Source: Amoebophrya sp. A120
Lineage: Eukaryota; Protista; Dinoflagellata
DNA length: 64,000 nt
Direction: 5' to 3'
NCBI GenBank assembly: GCA_905178155.1
Contig: CAJINV010000004.1
Location: forward strand, 10,833,655 to 10,897,654
Part shown: one piece after another, positions 24,746 through 36,770 of the stretch
Position numbering within the stretch: position 1 is the first letter of the stretch
How the letters are laid out: the number at the start of each line of letters is the position of its first letter
Program-made: the position numbers and the translations under genes
Notes under the pieces: generated by a model
Database searches by the model: none
Told to the model about the DNA's origin: nothing
What the model saw: only the letters and a program-made list of their open reading frames with translations

Positions 24746-27426
24746 ATGGACGACGGAAAGGAAAAGGATCTGACGCTTGACAAGCTCAAGGCGAAAAAAA
24801 CAAAGGATGACAAACACAAACTGGCGAAGGACAAGTATATGTATGATTTTCTCACGAGAGTCATGTTTTGGTCATGCGTTTTTGATAGCGGATATGAAGT
24901 TGTCCTGCGTTATACAACGCAATAAGACTAACGCAATTTAATTATGTTAAATTAAAAATTGTCAGATACAACGAGGATGACCTGTCCCACTTCAAGGATC
25001 AGAAAGACAAGGACTACAAAGACAAAAAGTTCAAAGACATATCCGTTGCAAATTTACTGTACACGTACAAAATTATGCATCACAAACTTCTTTCCTGCTT
25101 GAGTTTGTCATGCTGAATACGGGAACGGCAACGGTTTGTCATGCACTTTATTTGTCAGCACTTGCATTTGCATTAGCATTTCGTACGTGAATGGGAAGAA
25201 ATTTCCTGTGGATAGGGCAAGGACAAAGACTACAAGTACAAGGCGGACAAACTTGACAAGGACAAGTACAAAGACAAGATGAAGGACAAGGACAAAATGA
25301 AGGACAAGGACAAGGATATGAAGGACAAGGATAAGATGAAGGACAAGGACAAAATGAAGGACAAGGACAAGATGAAAGACAAGGACAAAATGAAGGACAA
25401 GGACAAGATGAAAGACAAGGACAAAATGAAGGACAAGGACAAGATGAAGGATCACAAGGACATGAAGGTACTTTATGAAGTTTTTACTGCCACCAAAAAG
25501 CACAAGCATCTGCATGTTTCTGATGTTGATAAAGTAGCACTTGCGGAAAGTATATGAGCACTCTCGCTACTACTACTTCTAAAACTTATCAGGACAAGGA
25601 CAAAAAGAAGGACAAGGACAAATTTAAGAACAAGGACAAGGACAAAAAGAAGGAGAAACTCATCAAGGAGGAGAAAATCAAGGGGAATGTTATGCGAAGA
25701 GAACACATGATGCCCCGATGCCTGAGCCTTTTCGTGTTGCCCCTCAATATTGTAGATCATGCTGAGTGTGCATCTGCATGTGCTGTTTTTATTTGGCCTT
25801 TTCCTTGCTTGTTTTGTCGTGCTAAGAAATGTGCGCGCGGCCGAGGCATTGGCTCTCCGGCACATCAACACAGCGCAGCACAGTTGCATTCTAGTAAAAT
25901 TTACGTTGCCACTTGATATCAGTTGTCCAGCGGAACCTGTCCATGTGCAGCCGTTCGAGGGCATCTCCAGGGACATGAATTGTGTTGCATACTTGCTGGA
26001 ACCACAAAAAATAAAACGAAGCGAGCCGGGTTGATCTTTCCAGTAGCAAAGATTCAGAAGGAGTTGAGGGTAAGTAAGTACTACCTTTGACTGCTTTCCG
26101 TGTTTTCATGCAGTCGTGATGTTGTGCGACTGCTATAGTGATCGTAAAAGAGTGACTCTGATTCTCTAGCTTTACAACTCAGTCAACAAAAGAACTACGT
26201 ATGAATTACACAAACAGAACATGCTCCCTGCAAACGCGCGATTGAACTCCTCCAGCAGTGTTTTCCTCGGGGGAGTTATCAAATGCAAAAATGTCTGGGT
26301 CGGGATGGTTGTAAACTTGTAATGCTGTTTTTGAATTCTACAAAAAATTTGTATTGCATGACCAGCAAAAGGAGTCCAGTTTGTTCTACGCGGGGATGGC
26401 ATTTCTCATGCGGAATCGGCATCAGGATCAGGAAGTCCTCTAAAAATCTGTGATGCTAGGCCATGCATTACAGGCGTCACGTGTCATGCAAAATATGCAT
26501 GACAAACCTGGCAATCTTCCAGACCCAGAGGACATTTTTACATTTGATAGGAGTGATGGAGTACGTCGTAGCAGAGCTCCTGGAAGTGGCCGGGAACACA
26601 GTGAAAAACCAGGGTAAGAAGCGCATCAACCCAAGGCACTTGCAGGTCGCAATCAAAAACGACGACGAACTGAACACGCTGATCCGAGCCACAATCGCGG
26701 GCGGCGGTGTGGTGCCAGACAAAACCGCGGTGCAAATGATGCACGAGAGGGATGAGAAGGCAAAACAGGCAGCGAAAAAGAGACACGAGGGCGGCGGCGG
26801 AGCTGGGGGGCAGAAGTTTGAAAGTAATATGCAGTTGGTGTTCGTGAAAGTGAATCATAATCATATTGCTGTTTACGTGATGTTCAATTCGATTTTTTTT
26901 TTTGGCTGAAGACGGAGAAAGCGCTTTGTTATCATGCTTTTTCTGATGCAGCTTGACAACAACAAAAAACAGTGTTTTCCGAGGACATGATATACGAGCC
27001 ACCACAGAAGAAGCAAAAGGCCGCCTACGACAATGTCAGCAAGACCTCTGTGTTTGACGCGAATTTGAATATGAAGGTAACTCTAAGCACTATGCTTGTT
27101 GCACTCTAGCATTGTCACGCGCGTAGTTGAATACTTTTTTTTGCATAAGCTTCTTTATCAACATTTGTATTGCGAATTATATGTTGCTCATCAAATAATT
27201 CCAGAACTACGACGTCGCCATGTTCGAGCCGCACTTTAACTTCGGTGCGCAGGGCACCATGCCCGACAAGCTGGCCATGGGCGGCGGCGAGGGGAAGAAG
27301 GTGGTCGGGGGCAAGAAAGCCGCGGTGTTTGAGGCGCAAGCCATGGCGGAAAAGAAGAAAAAGAAAGCGGTGGCGGCGAAGATGCCACTCTTTGCTGCGG
27401 ATGGCTCCTTCTTCCAGGCTGCGTAG
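24746..27426 (+). CDS. Divergent histone H2A variant with long Lys/Asp-repeat N-terminus and long C-terminal tail (~411 aa, 9 exons)
   Basis: Spliced core [17 protein letters not shown]|[20 protein letters not shown]|[54 protein letters not shown] matches the H2A fold. Exons 24746-24834, 24966-25039, 25220-25467, 25593-25690, 25997-26069, 26218-26276, 26555-26823, 26973-27076, 27205-27426 sum to 1236 nt. Confidence 0.8.
25040..25214. mobile_element. Introner, degenerate/unassigned family
   Basis: TATCC....AAATTT / AAATTT....GGATA ends; internal TTTGTCATGC and GCATCACAAA motifs; repeat decayed to AGACA/GGGCA; in-frame join. Confidence 0.7.
25279..25450 (+). repeat. Coding tandem repeat with an ~18-nt unit encoding (MKDKDK)n
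   Basis: About nine near-perfect ATGAARGACAAGGACAAR units in the H2A N-terminal exon. Confidence 0.9.
25691..25991. mobile_element. Introner, highly degenerate
   Basis: TATGCGAAGAGAACACATG...CATGAATTGTGTTGCATA partial inverted ends; repeat decayed (AATGT/CTTGC), yet element+5 nt removal joins the KD exon to the H2A core in frame. Confidence 0.6.
26277..26549. mobile_element. Introner, family A
   Basis: Family A TIRs; GGAGT direct repeat; interrupts H2A helix 2 (VFLGGV|MEY). Confidence 0.95.
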
Positions 27427-28504
27427 GGAACCTGCTTCTAGGCTGCCTAGGCTCGTCGGAACAAAAAATGGTGATTCGCACCTTTACCGGAACTCTGCAG
27501 CGCAGAAAAACGTATAAGAAATTGAGATTACACAAACACATCAAATAGATCAGATTCAGACTCTGAGTCGAAATCAATGCACGCGATGGTTTCGATTTCG
27601 CACAGACGCAAGATTAGTAGAACTAGTGTTTCGAACTTTTACAACTTGAAACAGCAGAGGAAAACCAAATTGTTAACGCAAGGCCGATAGAGCTGCGTCC
27701 CCAAGCACCACGACGCACTTTGCAGTAGAGGAACCCTCTCAAGGAAATCAAACCGCAAACGTAGCGGTGTGACGAATAAGAAGGAACGCAGAAAATCACT
27801 ACGGCAATATTTATACAGCACGCATGTGAAGCACTCAAGATTCAAATGTATTGTACTTATTAGCCCCCGCCCCCCGCACCGCGAGTGCAAACGATTTCCA
27901 ATTATGAGCTTGCTCCGATACAAAACCGAACGACGCGGCGGGTCTTGTTCTGCCAGTATTTTTCGTCTGGCGCCATTTTTTTGAGCCACAACCTGTGTTC
28001 CTATTTTTGCCTACCGAGCTTCTCAGCAAAGAGGATCGGTTGAGAAAAGAGGTTTTATTTTTTGCCAAATTGAACTCAAATTCTGATTCGATCACACCGA
28101 GATCGAGATCAACCGGGCACATTTTACGTATTCTCCGCAGAATGCGGAAGAATAAGAAAGCAAGGTTCTCTAGTACTGCAACTTTTTACTTTTGGTGGTC
28201 ATATGTTTCGTCCGACACAACTTTCCTAGCAGGCTCTACCTAGCGACAACCTCTACCATCTTTTACACACACGACACCACAATCACAAAAGCAACATATT
28301 ATCAAAGTCAACAACGCATAGCGCGGTAGATAAAATTGAAAACAAATAAATCTGTGTGCTGCTGGAAGCTCGCATATTAAAGGGAGAATGCGCCAGCACG
28401 GACGAGCAACACCAACAAACGACAAAGCACATAAGAAGTCCTCTGGGATCATAAATTTTAACGTCTAAAAATTTCGGTAAAAACTGCTTCAAACGAAAGT
28501 GATC

Positions 28505-31500
28505 ATGGGCGACGTCGAACTTGCTGACGCGGAGGTTCTGAACCCCGCCACCACTCCGTACCAGCAAGGCGCCAAGCCTCTGCAAATTGTCCACGTGGAC
28601 TTACAAACGAACGAGGTGAAGGTGAATAAACCGAATCTGGAAAGGATCGCCCAAAACCTGCGGGATGCTGGCGCGGAAAAGATCTCGGTCGTCTCCGTTA
28701 TGGGGGCCTACAGAACGGGGAAGAGCTTTTTGCTCGACCTGTTTTTGCGGTATCTGGAATACGAACAGGCGAGCAGCACGCGGGCGTCGACAAGCAGCGC
28801 CTCGTCCGCCTCGGAGTCCGCGAGCAGTAAGGACCCAATAGACGACAGAAGTTTCGTCAGCGAGTTCACCATACCGGCCTGGATGAAAGCGGCAGGTGAA
28901 TATTGAAGCCTTTATTTTTTCGGGTCATTTTCGATCGATTTCGATGCTATCAAACCACTGCATTTCTTGCTGCTACGAGGAAGAGGATTCAAATGTTTTT
29001 TTCTAGTTTTTGCCCTTCCTCGTAGTACAACTCGTCGTCAGAAGCTCGAGCTGTTTGTTGCACACTATTTTTTTACGATGATGAAACTGAAAGTGCAACC
29101 CAACAAGAAAGATCGCGACACAACATCCACATCCACGTGAACAAAAAAAACAGGCAAGCTGAGCGAAGCATCCGACGGCACCACGCCCCGCGATCCGGTC
29201 GCCGCTGCAGCGCAGATATGGATTGAAAAAATGTCTGGGTCTGGAAGGTTGGAACCTGTAATGCTGTCTTTGGAATCTAGAAAAATCTGTATTGCATGAC
29301 CAGCAAAAGTAAAAATGTAATTCTTCCTGCGCGGAGAGGGCATTTGTCAGGCGGAATAGGTATCAAGAAGCCATTAAAAAGTCTGTGATGCTAGGGCACG
29401 CATCACAGGCATCATGGCTCATGCAAAACGTGCATGACAAGTCTCAGAATCTTCCAGACCCAGACACTTTTGCACTTGATAGCAGAAGCGCTCGCCGCGC
29501 GGTTTCAGCTGGCGCGGTATGCATTGCAAAAGTATCGTACTAGTAGAAATAGCATTACAAATTTTTCCACAAGGAAAAATGGAATTTGTAATGCTGAATA
29601 AGCTAAGGAACCAGATTTGTCATGCAAGACTGCAATTACTACGAGTGCGATGCTTTTGCACAGGATACGCGGGGGCGCGAGTAGGTGCACGGAGGGCATG
29701 TGGATATGGCCGCAGCCGTTCATCAAGACTCTGACGGTCACAGAAAACGTCTCCAGCAACGAGGACGAGGAAGTGTTCGTGAAAAGAAAAGTCCGGGTCG
29801 GCTTGCTCATCATGGACACACAGGGGGCGTTTGATAGGTACCGCTACTGGAAAAAATGTTAGTACTTATTTGTGTGTAGATAGTCTTGATAAAATACTCT
29901 TTCTCGGAAGAAGATACCTACTAGAAGGAGTTGAAAGATACCTAGAATGGGATCCTTGTGGCAGCAGGATGTTCACCTAAGTCTCCCCCTCTAAAGTGAA
30001 CGTGGAGTCTAAGGAGGTTATTTTATAAAAAAGAATGAAAATCTCACAGTCAAACGACGAAGCAACAGTCCGCGACAATTTTCGGCCTGACCACCGCCTT
30101 ATCTTCCAAGCAGCTGTACAACATCCAGGGTAGGATAGGAGCCGACACCGTCGAGCACATGCACTACTTTTCGGAAATGGCCGTGGCGGCAAGCAGGCAG
30201 GGGAGCCACGACCAGGCGAAGAAACTGTCCAAGCCCTTTCAGTATTTGGAGTTGGTCGTGAGAGACTGGCCCTGCTTCGACGACGAGACCTTCGAGGACG
30301 AAGCGGTCTGCCGGGCCTACAATGTGCGAAAACAGCCCCCCGCGGGGGAGAGGTGGAGCGTGGACCTGTGCGAGAAGCAGATGCAGTGGCACTTGGACCA
30401 GCACTTCGGTACTGAAGATGTAGTTGATGGTTTACTTGAGAAACAAATTTCAGACACTGACTGTGTATATGGAATCAGACTGCGCGGTCGAATTTGAACT
30501 TCTTTCACGATGTTGTCAACTAGAAGGATGTACACATCGTCAAAACGAACCATGAGAACTTCGCATGGTGGTATTAAAAGCAAGGCATGATCTTTCACCG
30601 GCCCCCGCGTGACCACACCGACTGCGGCAACATCATTACAACAGGTTCCGACGTGAAGGAGCGGGAATCTATCGAAACGCTGTACGAAATGTTCGATGAC
30701 ATCAAGGCCTGGCTCTACCCCGCGCCAGGATTAAAAGTTTCCGAGAGTAAGAAGCGCAAGTGGGACGGGACCCTGGAGGAAATAGATGAGGACTTCGTCC
30801 GCTTCGTCGACCTCCACTGCCGCCGGACCTTCCGGGAGGTGCGAACACAACGGGTGTTCGGGACGGATTTGAGTCCGGACACCTTTGTCGACATCGTGGA
30901 AACGCTGGTCGGGGCCTTTCAAGGCATGGAGGTTTCCCAGATGAGCATGGTGGAGGCCATCGGGAAGGTAGAGATTGATAGGAATAAAGAAACAGCTGAC
31001 TTTGTCATCCATGCAGCGTCACCCTGCCAAAGCCAATTTCTCATGCACGACAGGGATATGAGTTTGAGTATGTGAAACAAAACAAGAAAAAACATCTTCT
31101 TCAGGCCAAGAACCTCGCCAGCAAGGACGAGGCTGGGAAAGTGTACAAAAAGCACATGGATAAAATCATGTCTGCCGTACAGGCAAGGACAGGAAAAGAC
31201 ATGGACGAGCTCCAGAAGGACCACACAGCAGCATGGAAAAAAGCAATCGAGGTATTAAGTACTATGGCTATCACATTCACGCATTTATTTTTCAGCACGA
31301 GAGAATTTCCATTTCGTTCTGTGATCGAGTCGTGTGGATCTCAGAAAGAGAACAAACACAAATGCTTTAATATGTCAAAAATTATCAGTTTTACGACGAT
31401 TCCGCGACTTTCGGCAATGTGGACGAGATAAGTGCGTCCAAGGAGGCGCTTTTGAAAGACCTCGATTTGATGTGGGAGCAGGTGAAGGAGGAGAATAACC

Positions 31501-32585
31501 GAAGAATGGAGAAGGCCCTCACCGCCTTCGCGGGCATCGCCTGTGTCGCGTTCACGGCCCTGATTCTCGATAAGATGTCCGACTACACCTGCGACTGGTG
31601 GAGCGACACGTGCGTGCAGGCAAGCAAAATCCTCGTGCTCTTTTACACCGCGGTGCTCGGGATACTGGGGTGGCAGGTGAATTTATTCGTAGTTGTTGCT
31701 GCGTCGTATAATTTTTACATGGAAAAACATGTCAGTGTCAGTCTACTGCTTTTGTACTATTAACGGATGAGGAGTAGGGGATTTACGGACGTGTTTCGTG
31801 GTCTCAATCTGCGAACAAGGAATCACGTATCAATTTTTTATTTCAACTTCAGATTTACAAGCTGCTCCAGACCCGGGGGCAGGCTGCTGTGGGCATTGCG
31901 GTGATCGAACTGGTATGCATTGCAAAAGTACTTATCGTATTCGTATAAATGCAATACAAATTTTCTCAGCGTGAGAAATAAAATTTGTAATGCAGATTTA
32001 GCTTAAGAAAGGGATTTGTAATGCATGACTGCAATACGAGTACGATACTTTTGCACAGGATAACTGGGCAAGCAGTGCGTCGTTTTGAGCCACCAGTGCT
32101 CCGTATCCTGAGTAAAAACGTACCCACACCAGAGTTGTAATGCAAATCTGCATGCTGAAAATGTTTCTCATGCGGAGCTCCATGAGAAGCATTTTCTAGT
32201 CGTGTTTTGCAATTTGTCATGCTCCAATCAGCATGGTATGCTAGATCTCTGATGCTGCTGAGCTAGCTCAAACAGCACTACACTACGAATCCAAATTTGT
32301 CATGCAAAACAGCCAAAACTTGTGGATTTGTCTAGCCGATTCCCCATCTTGACTCTGGTGTGGGTACGTTTTTACTCAGGATACTCCGACAAGGTTGTCT
32401 ACTACGTGAAAAATATTGACGTCGCCAAGAAGGACGCACAGAAGGCGTACGAGTACGTCCAGAAAGCCTACGTCGAGCCGTTTTTGGTACCTGCCGGGGC
32501 CGCGGACAGCACTGCAACCACTTCCCCAACGAAGAAGACCGGGTCACCAAAACGCGGCGCTGCGAAGGCAAAGAAGGGCGACTGA
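28505..32585 (+). CDS. ATL: Atlastin-like GTPase (GBP/atlastin family) with C-terminal membrane hairpin
   Basis: P-loop SVMGAYRTGKSFLLD, GFSWRGGASRCTEGMWIW, LLIMDTQGAFD, ATIFGLTTALSSKQLYN, LELVVRDW, LYPAPGLKV and two C-terminal hydrophobic helices; 6 GT-AG introns and 4 introners. Confidence 0.88.
29217..29481. mobile_element. Introner, family A
   Basis: Family A TIRs; GCAGA direct repeat; similar to 26277-26549. Confidence 0.93.
29518..29667. mobile_element. Introner, family B
   Basis: TATGCATTGCAAAAGTATCG...CGATGCTTTTGCACAGGATA; CGCGG direct repeat; splits the atlastin GFSWRG|G motif. Confidence 0.95.
31914..32062. mobile_element. Introner, family B
   Basis: Family B TIRs; ACTGG direct repeat. 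Confidence 0.92.
32104..32383. mobile_element. Introner, family F
   Basis: Perfect ~32-bp TIR TATCCTGAGTAAAAACGTACCCACACCAGAGT; CTCCG direct repeat. Confidence 0.95.
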
Positions 32586-33589
32586 AGCAGCGGCTACGTC
32601 AGCTTTTCTTTATTTTGTGTGTCATCAAATGAATTTGCGCGACAGATGATGTGATACTTGTAGATGGATCAAGCCAGGATCAGCGAGTGTAAACACCAGC
32701 AATGAATCCGCGCATGGATCATAATATGGACCTAATCATTTTATTTTTGGTTTTCTCTTCCCATGTTGACATGTTAACAGTAGCTCCCGCATCCGTCCGC
32801 CGCATAAGCTGTGCGGTCAAGAAGTGCGGAGCTTTTGAAACCTCCGCTACGCCCCAGTATTAAGTACCTTGCTCTACCCCAAAGCCTCGCTAAGAGGCTT
32901 TGTATTTCCTGGTAATACCCAAAACCCACACACGCCCGACACGCATTTCATTTACGACAAAGTGTTGCGAATGAATCCTTTCTGTCCACATGAGAGAAAT
33001 ACCTCAAAAATTTTCCAGAAACGAACCGAATGATGCGTTGTGAGAGAAACACAAACACCATGGTAAAAATAAAATTTTCCGAAGAACATCAAAAGATTTA
33101 GGTACAGCACCATTTCACGCTGGTCACACACCGAGGTAGAACTAGAAGTTTCACCTTTGTCGCGAAAGACAGGAGTTTGCTATATGTTGGCTAGTTTTCA
33201 CTGATGTCCGGCAACAGTAGTTTTCGTGAAGTTTAAAGAGACAGATCGGCTGCATCGGTCAGTACAACACGCCGATGGGCAACATTACTCCGTAAGCATG
33301 TTTATTGTAGTGATTCCGAGCTTGACCTTGAGCCTTGAACTTGATCGAGATCGTAGACAAGAATACAGGACTTCCTCAACTAAAAAATATGTTCAAATGC
33401 AGGTCACCACCGTTTGCGTTTGTGTACCCGCTCGATGTAGTCCCCTCGGTTTTGAGTTTTTGGTATACCCAATTCTGTTCCCTCTTCCAAAGCCGAAATA
33501 AAGCCGCAGTTATTCATCTCCCACGACCTGTCTACTTCTTTACAAAAATATTTCATGCTCCACCAATCCCTGACCGTCCCTATCCCCAA

Positions 33590-35953
33590 ATGTTGAATTG
33601 TTCCCTCGCCCTCGGCCGCTGGCGCCGCCGCGACGGCGTGGTTGAATATGAAGTAGAAATTTCGTACAACGACAGCGCTCTTTTGGATCGCCGTTGGAAG
33701 CGGTACAGCGAATTCTTGATTTTCCAGAAAGTTCTCCTACTCAAACTCGATAAGCAGCACCGGGCGACGGTCCCGACGATGGGCACCGACAACCATTTTG
33801 GCAACATTGTGAAACTACGGGATGACTTGCGGAACCTGTTCCCGGGCCGAAACTCAAAAAGACTTCTATTCCTTCGAAAGTACCTCCGTATCGTCGGAAC
33901 CGCGGTCTCCGCTCGGCAAGCGCACTGGCGCTTTTTCGGGAAAAAGGCGACTGAGTGGGAGCATGCGATGCTGGATGATAGGGAGGCCCAGCTGAAAAAA
34001 TGGCTAGAAAAGATCATGCTGCAGATTCAGGGAAAAGACGATAATATTGCAGCTCGTAATGAAGATGATGAAAATCTCCTGCAGAGAGCGACTTCCAACT
34101 TCGACCCGCAGTTGTCAAAACTCTTACAGGAGCACATCGTGCGGCTTTTCGGGTTGGCGGACTTCGCCCCGCCCTGCGGACCGCGGTTTCTGTTGTCCAA
34201 TTGCGGTGTGAAGTGCGCGACCAGGGTGTTGCCCTGGACGGGTATGGAAAGCTCATGGAGGAGCCTTGAGGTGGTGAAGCAGGATTCTACAGTCAAATCA
34301 CGGCGCTCGTCGAGTAGTAGTGTCTCCTCCTCCTCACCAACGTCTACTTCATGGCAGCTGTCTATCCGAAACGAGGGCGAAGCAACTTTTTCCCCAGCGT
34401 CTATTACGCCCGTCTCTGGCGCACAGGGAGGTGGTTTGGACCTGGATGTCTCCCCATCTGCGCAATCCACGGCCTCGACGACTGCCTCCTTGCAGATGGC
34501 CGGTAGTGATGTTGATGACGTCAACGCCGAGAATCGTGGTACGCCGCGGGACGACCAATATGGGCATGGCAGCAGAAATACCGTTATTAATACCGACGCC
34601 AGTAAAGTATCGTCGCACGATGACCACAGTAGAAATGATAGCGAATTTGTTAACTCGACGCATAAGCGCAGCAGCTCGTCGTCTTCGTCCTTATCGTCTC
34701 CCAATGTCACTCTGAAAATAGACAACATGCTGGACCGGGTTCGCGATTGTCTGGAAGTGGATGACCGAACGAACGCAAGCGACCTGACATCTAGAAGCGC
34801 AACCACGACAGTAGAGGATGACAAACTGACCTTTTTTTCCCCACGCCCTGATTTCGCTTTTGACACGATGTTGAGCCCTGTTTCTAAAAATACAGATGAA
34901 GGCGTCGAGCGGGGTAGGGCCATCATGGCAGAGCGGAAAATGAAAAATCCGAATTATCTTTTGAACCGGCTGAGCACGATAACTCTCGATATTCGCGAGT
35001 TTTTGGCGCCAGACAGGTGGACCTTAGCATCATCGATAACGTCGTATTCGAGCGCTGGAAGTGGTCGGCACAGCAGTACGACGAATATCAACACCGCATC
35101 CTCAACAGCTAGTTTGGGTGTTTCCGTTTCTTCCTTCGTGTTGGACCTGAGCTTTTCTCTAGGCTTGTGCATCCCGCCCGTGGAGGCGGTTGAGATAAGT
35201 GTACGGAGCTGCATCGTGGAAGATGAACACCGAGCAGGCCGTCTTTCCGAAAGTGCAGCTGCGCCTGTGCCTGGAACCAGAAAGGGTGAGGAAGTCGGAT
35301 CGGCTTTTCTCGAAACGCAACGGCAAGACGCCAGAAGGACTGCTGGATCACAAGGTAAATCACTTGAAGAGCGTCAACATTGCATCACAGAGCAGTCCTG
35401 GGAGTTCCCGGTCGGGGGCGGAAACTTGCTCTCGACGCAACTACCAAGGAGCCAGGCACATGCAGCCCCAACGCAAGCGGACAGGCAAGTCGACGTCGCC
35501 TCAGCTGGCGATGGCGCAAAAAATATTGAGCTCGGGAACGCAGGAGTTACGGTTGAAAGGGGCCAAAATGGCTGGCTCTGCACGCGACCCGAGAAATTGT
35601 CGCCGGTGGCACAGCAGCAGCAGGTCGTAAAAAGGACAAATTCGACGTCATCAACTGACTGCAGAAACACACCTTTGACGCTCGATCAAGACGTGTGGCA
35701 TACCCAGATTATCGGAAGCTTTTCAGAGATTCTTGCGCCAGGCGGGTGTGATCTCGCGGAACCTGCAGGAACGACAGGACCAAGAGGAGGACAACTTCCG
35801 CTCCGAGAATTGGAAACAACGACCCGCGGTCGTCCGTCAGCTAATTTGCTCAGAAAATTGGAAGTGCGGTTGAAGTCCAAAAATTTTTGCGGAAAGAGTC
35901 CTGTGCCGATGGAGTGCTTCTCGGTATACCTGCCTGTCGTATCGGAAAGTTAG
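33590..35953 (+). CDS. PX (phox homology) domain-containing protein, intronless
   Basis: N-terminal VVEYEVEISY...RRWKRYSEFLIFQKVL and later DREAQLKKWLEKI resemble a PX domain; long Ser-rich remainder; start uncertain. Confidence 0.6.
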   Translation: MLNCSLALGRWRRRDGVVEYEVEISYNDSALLDRRWKRYSEFLIFQKVLLLKLDKQHRATVPTMGTDNHFGNIVKLRDDLRNLFPGRNSKRLLFLRKYLRIVGTAVSARQAHWRFFGKKATEWEHAMLDDREAQLKKWLEKIMLQIQGKDDNIAARNEDDENLLQRATSNFDPQLSKLLQEHIVRLFGLADFAPPCGPRFLLSNCGVKCATRVLPWTGMESSWRSLEVVKQDSTVKSRRSSSSSVSSSSPTSTSWQLSIRNEGEATFSPASITPVSGAQGGGLDLDVSPSAQSTASTTASLQMAGSDVDDVNAENRGTPRDDQYGHGSRNTVINTDASKVSSHDDHSRNDSEFVNSTHKRSSSSSSSLSSPNVTLKIDNMLDRVRDCLEVDDRTNASDLTSRSATTTVEDDKLTFFSPRPDFAFDTMLSPVSKNTDEGVERGRAIMAERKMKNPNYLLNRLSTITLDIREFLAPDRWTLASSITSYSSAGSGRHSSTTNINTASSTASLGVSVSSFVLDLSFSLGLCIPPVEAVEISVRSCIVEDEHRAGRLSESAAAPVPGTRKGEEVGSAFLETQRQDARRTAGSQGKSLEERQHCITEQSWEFPVGGGNLLSTQLPRSQAHAAPTQADRQVDVASAGDGAKNIELGNAGVTVERGQNGWLCTRPEKLSPVAQQQQVVKRTNSTSSTDCRNTPLTLDQDVWHTQIIGSFSEILAPGGCDLAEPAGTTGPRGGQLPLRELETTTRGRPSANLLRKLEVRLKSKNFCGKSPVPMECFSVYLPVVSES

Positions 35954-36770
35954 TGCGTAGCATGTAGTTTTTGCAAAGATTTTCTTACACCGAGAAAGGT
36001 TTAGATTCAACAGAGGTGCAAGTATTTCCATTTGTCAGTAGTGTATAACAAGAAAGATGAAACTATAAAACAGCACCGACCTGATTTCTTCGAGGAAAAA
36101 AGATCTGATTGTTTCGAAAACTTCGCTGAAGCTCTTGTACGATGATGTCATCAATGTGAACATCAAAGTGAAGAGGAAAACCGAGGCTAATTGCCAATCG
36201 TCGTCTAGAGATACCTTCAGCATCAAAGTTGTGTTTAAGACCACGAGCGGTACGCAAGCCCCTGTCTGATGATTCAGCGTTTTTTTGATCTCAGTAATTG
36301 TCCACCTCCAGGTTGATTTTGGTTGCCTCAGGTGGCGGCGTTTTTTACACGAGATCAATGCAGCGTTTCTTTTCTTTAGCGAGGCTGACTTGGATAGTCG
36401 GAAGTGTATCTGTTTGTGGAACCTCCATGCATCACGCTTAGAATTTAAACATGCCAAAAACAACATAAGTGAGGAAGTTGAATTGACGAACCTTCTAGCC
36501 ATATAGATCATACATGGCATCGGGCCGGGGGACAACTTAAATCTTCGAAGTGTGATGATGCAAACCTTGCGTTACAGTCACGAACCTTTGACCAAGAAAA
36601 GCAAACGGCGACCTAAAGTGTGTGAACAAAAAATACTAGCGCAAACACAGCAGAATATTTCGAATTATTTTGCAAAGCTGCTTGAGAAATAACAGATCCT
36701 TATCACAGTTGTTTTCTTCAAAATCAGTGCGAATCTTCTCAGTTGCAGTTCACCACACATCCATAACAAA

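Noticed and set aside
25279-25450. 18-nt tandem repeat as a CRISPR array or satellite
   Set aside because: There are no unique spacers; it encodes (MKDKDK)n in frame with synonymous variation, and no cas genes are present.
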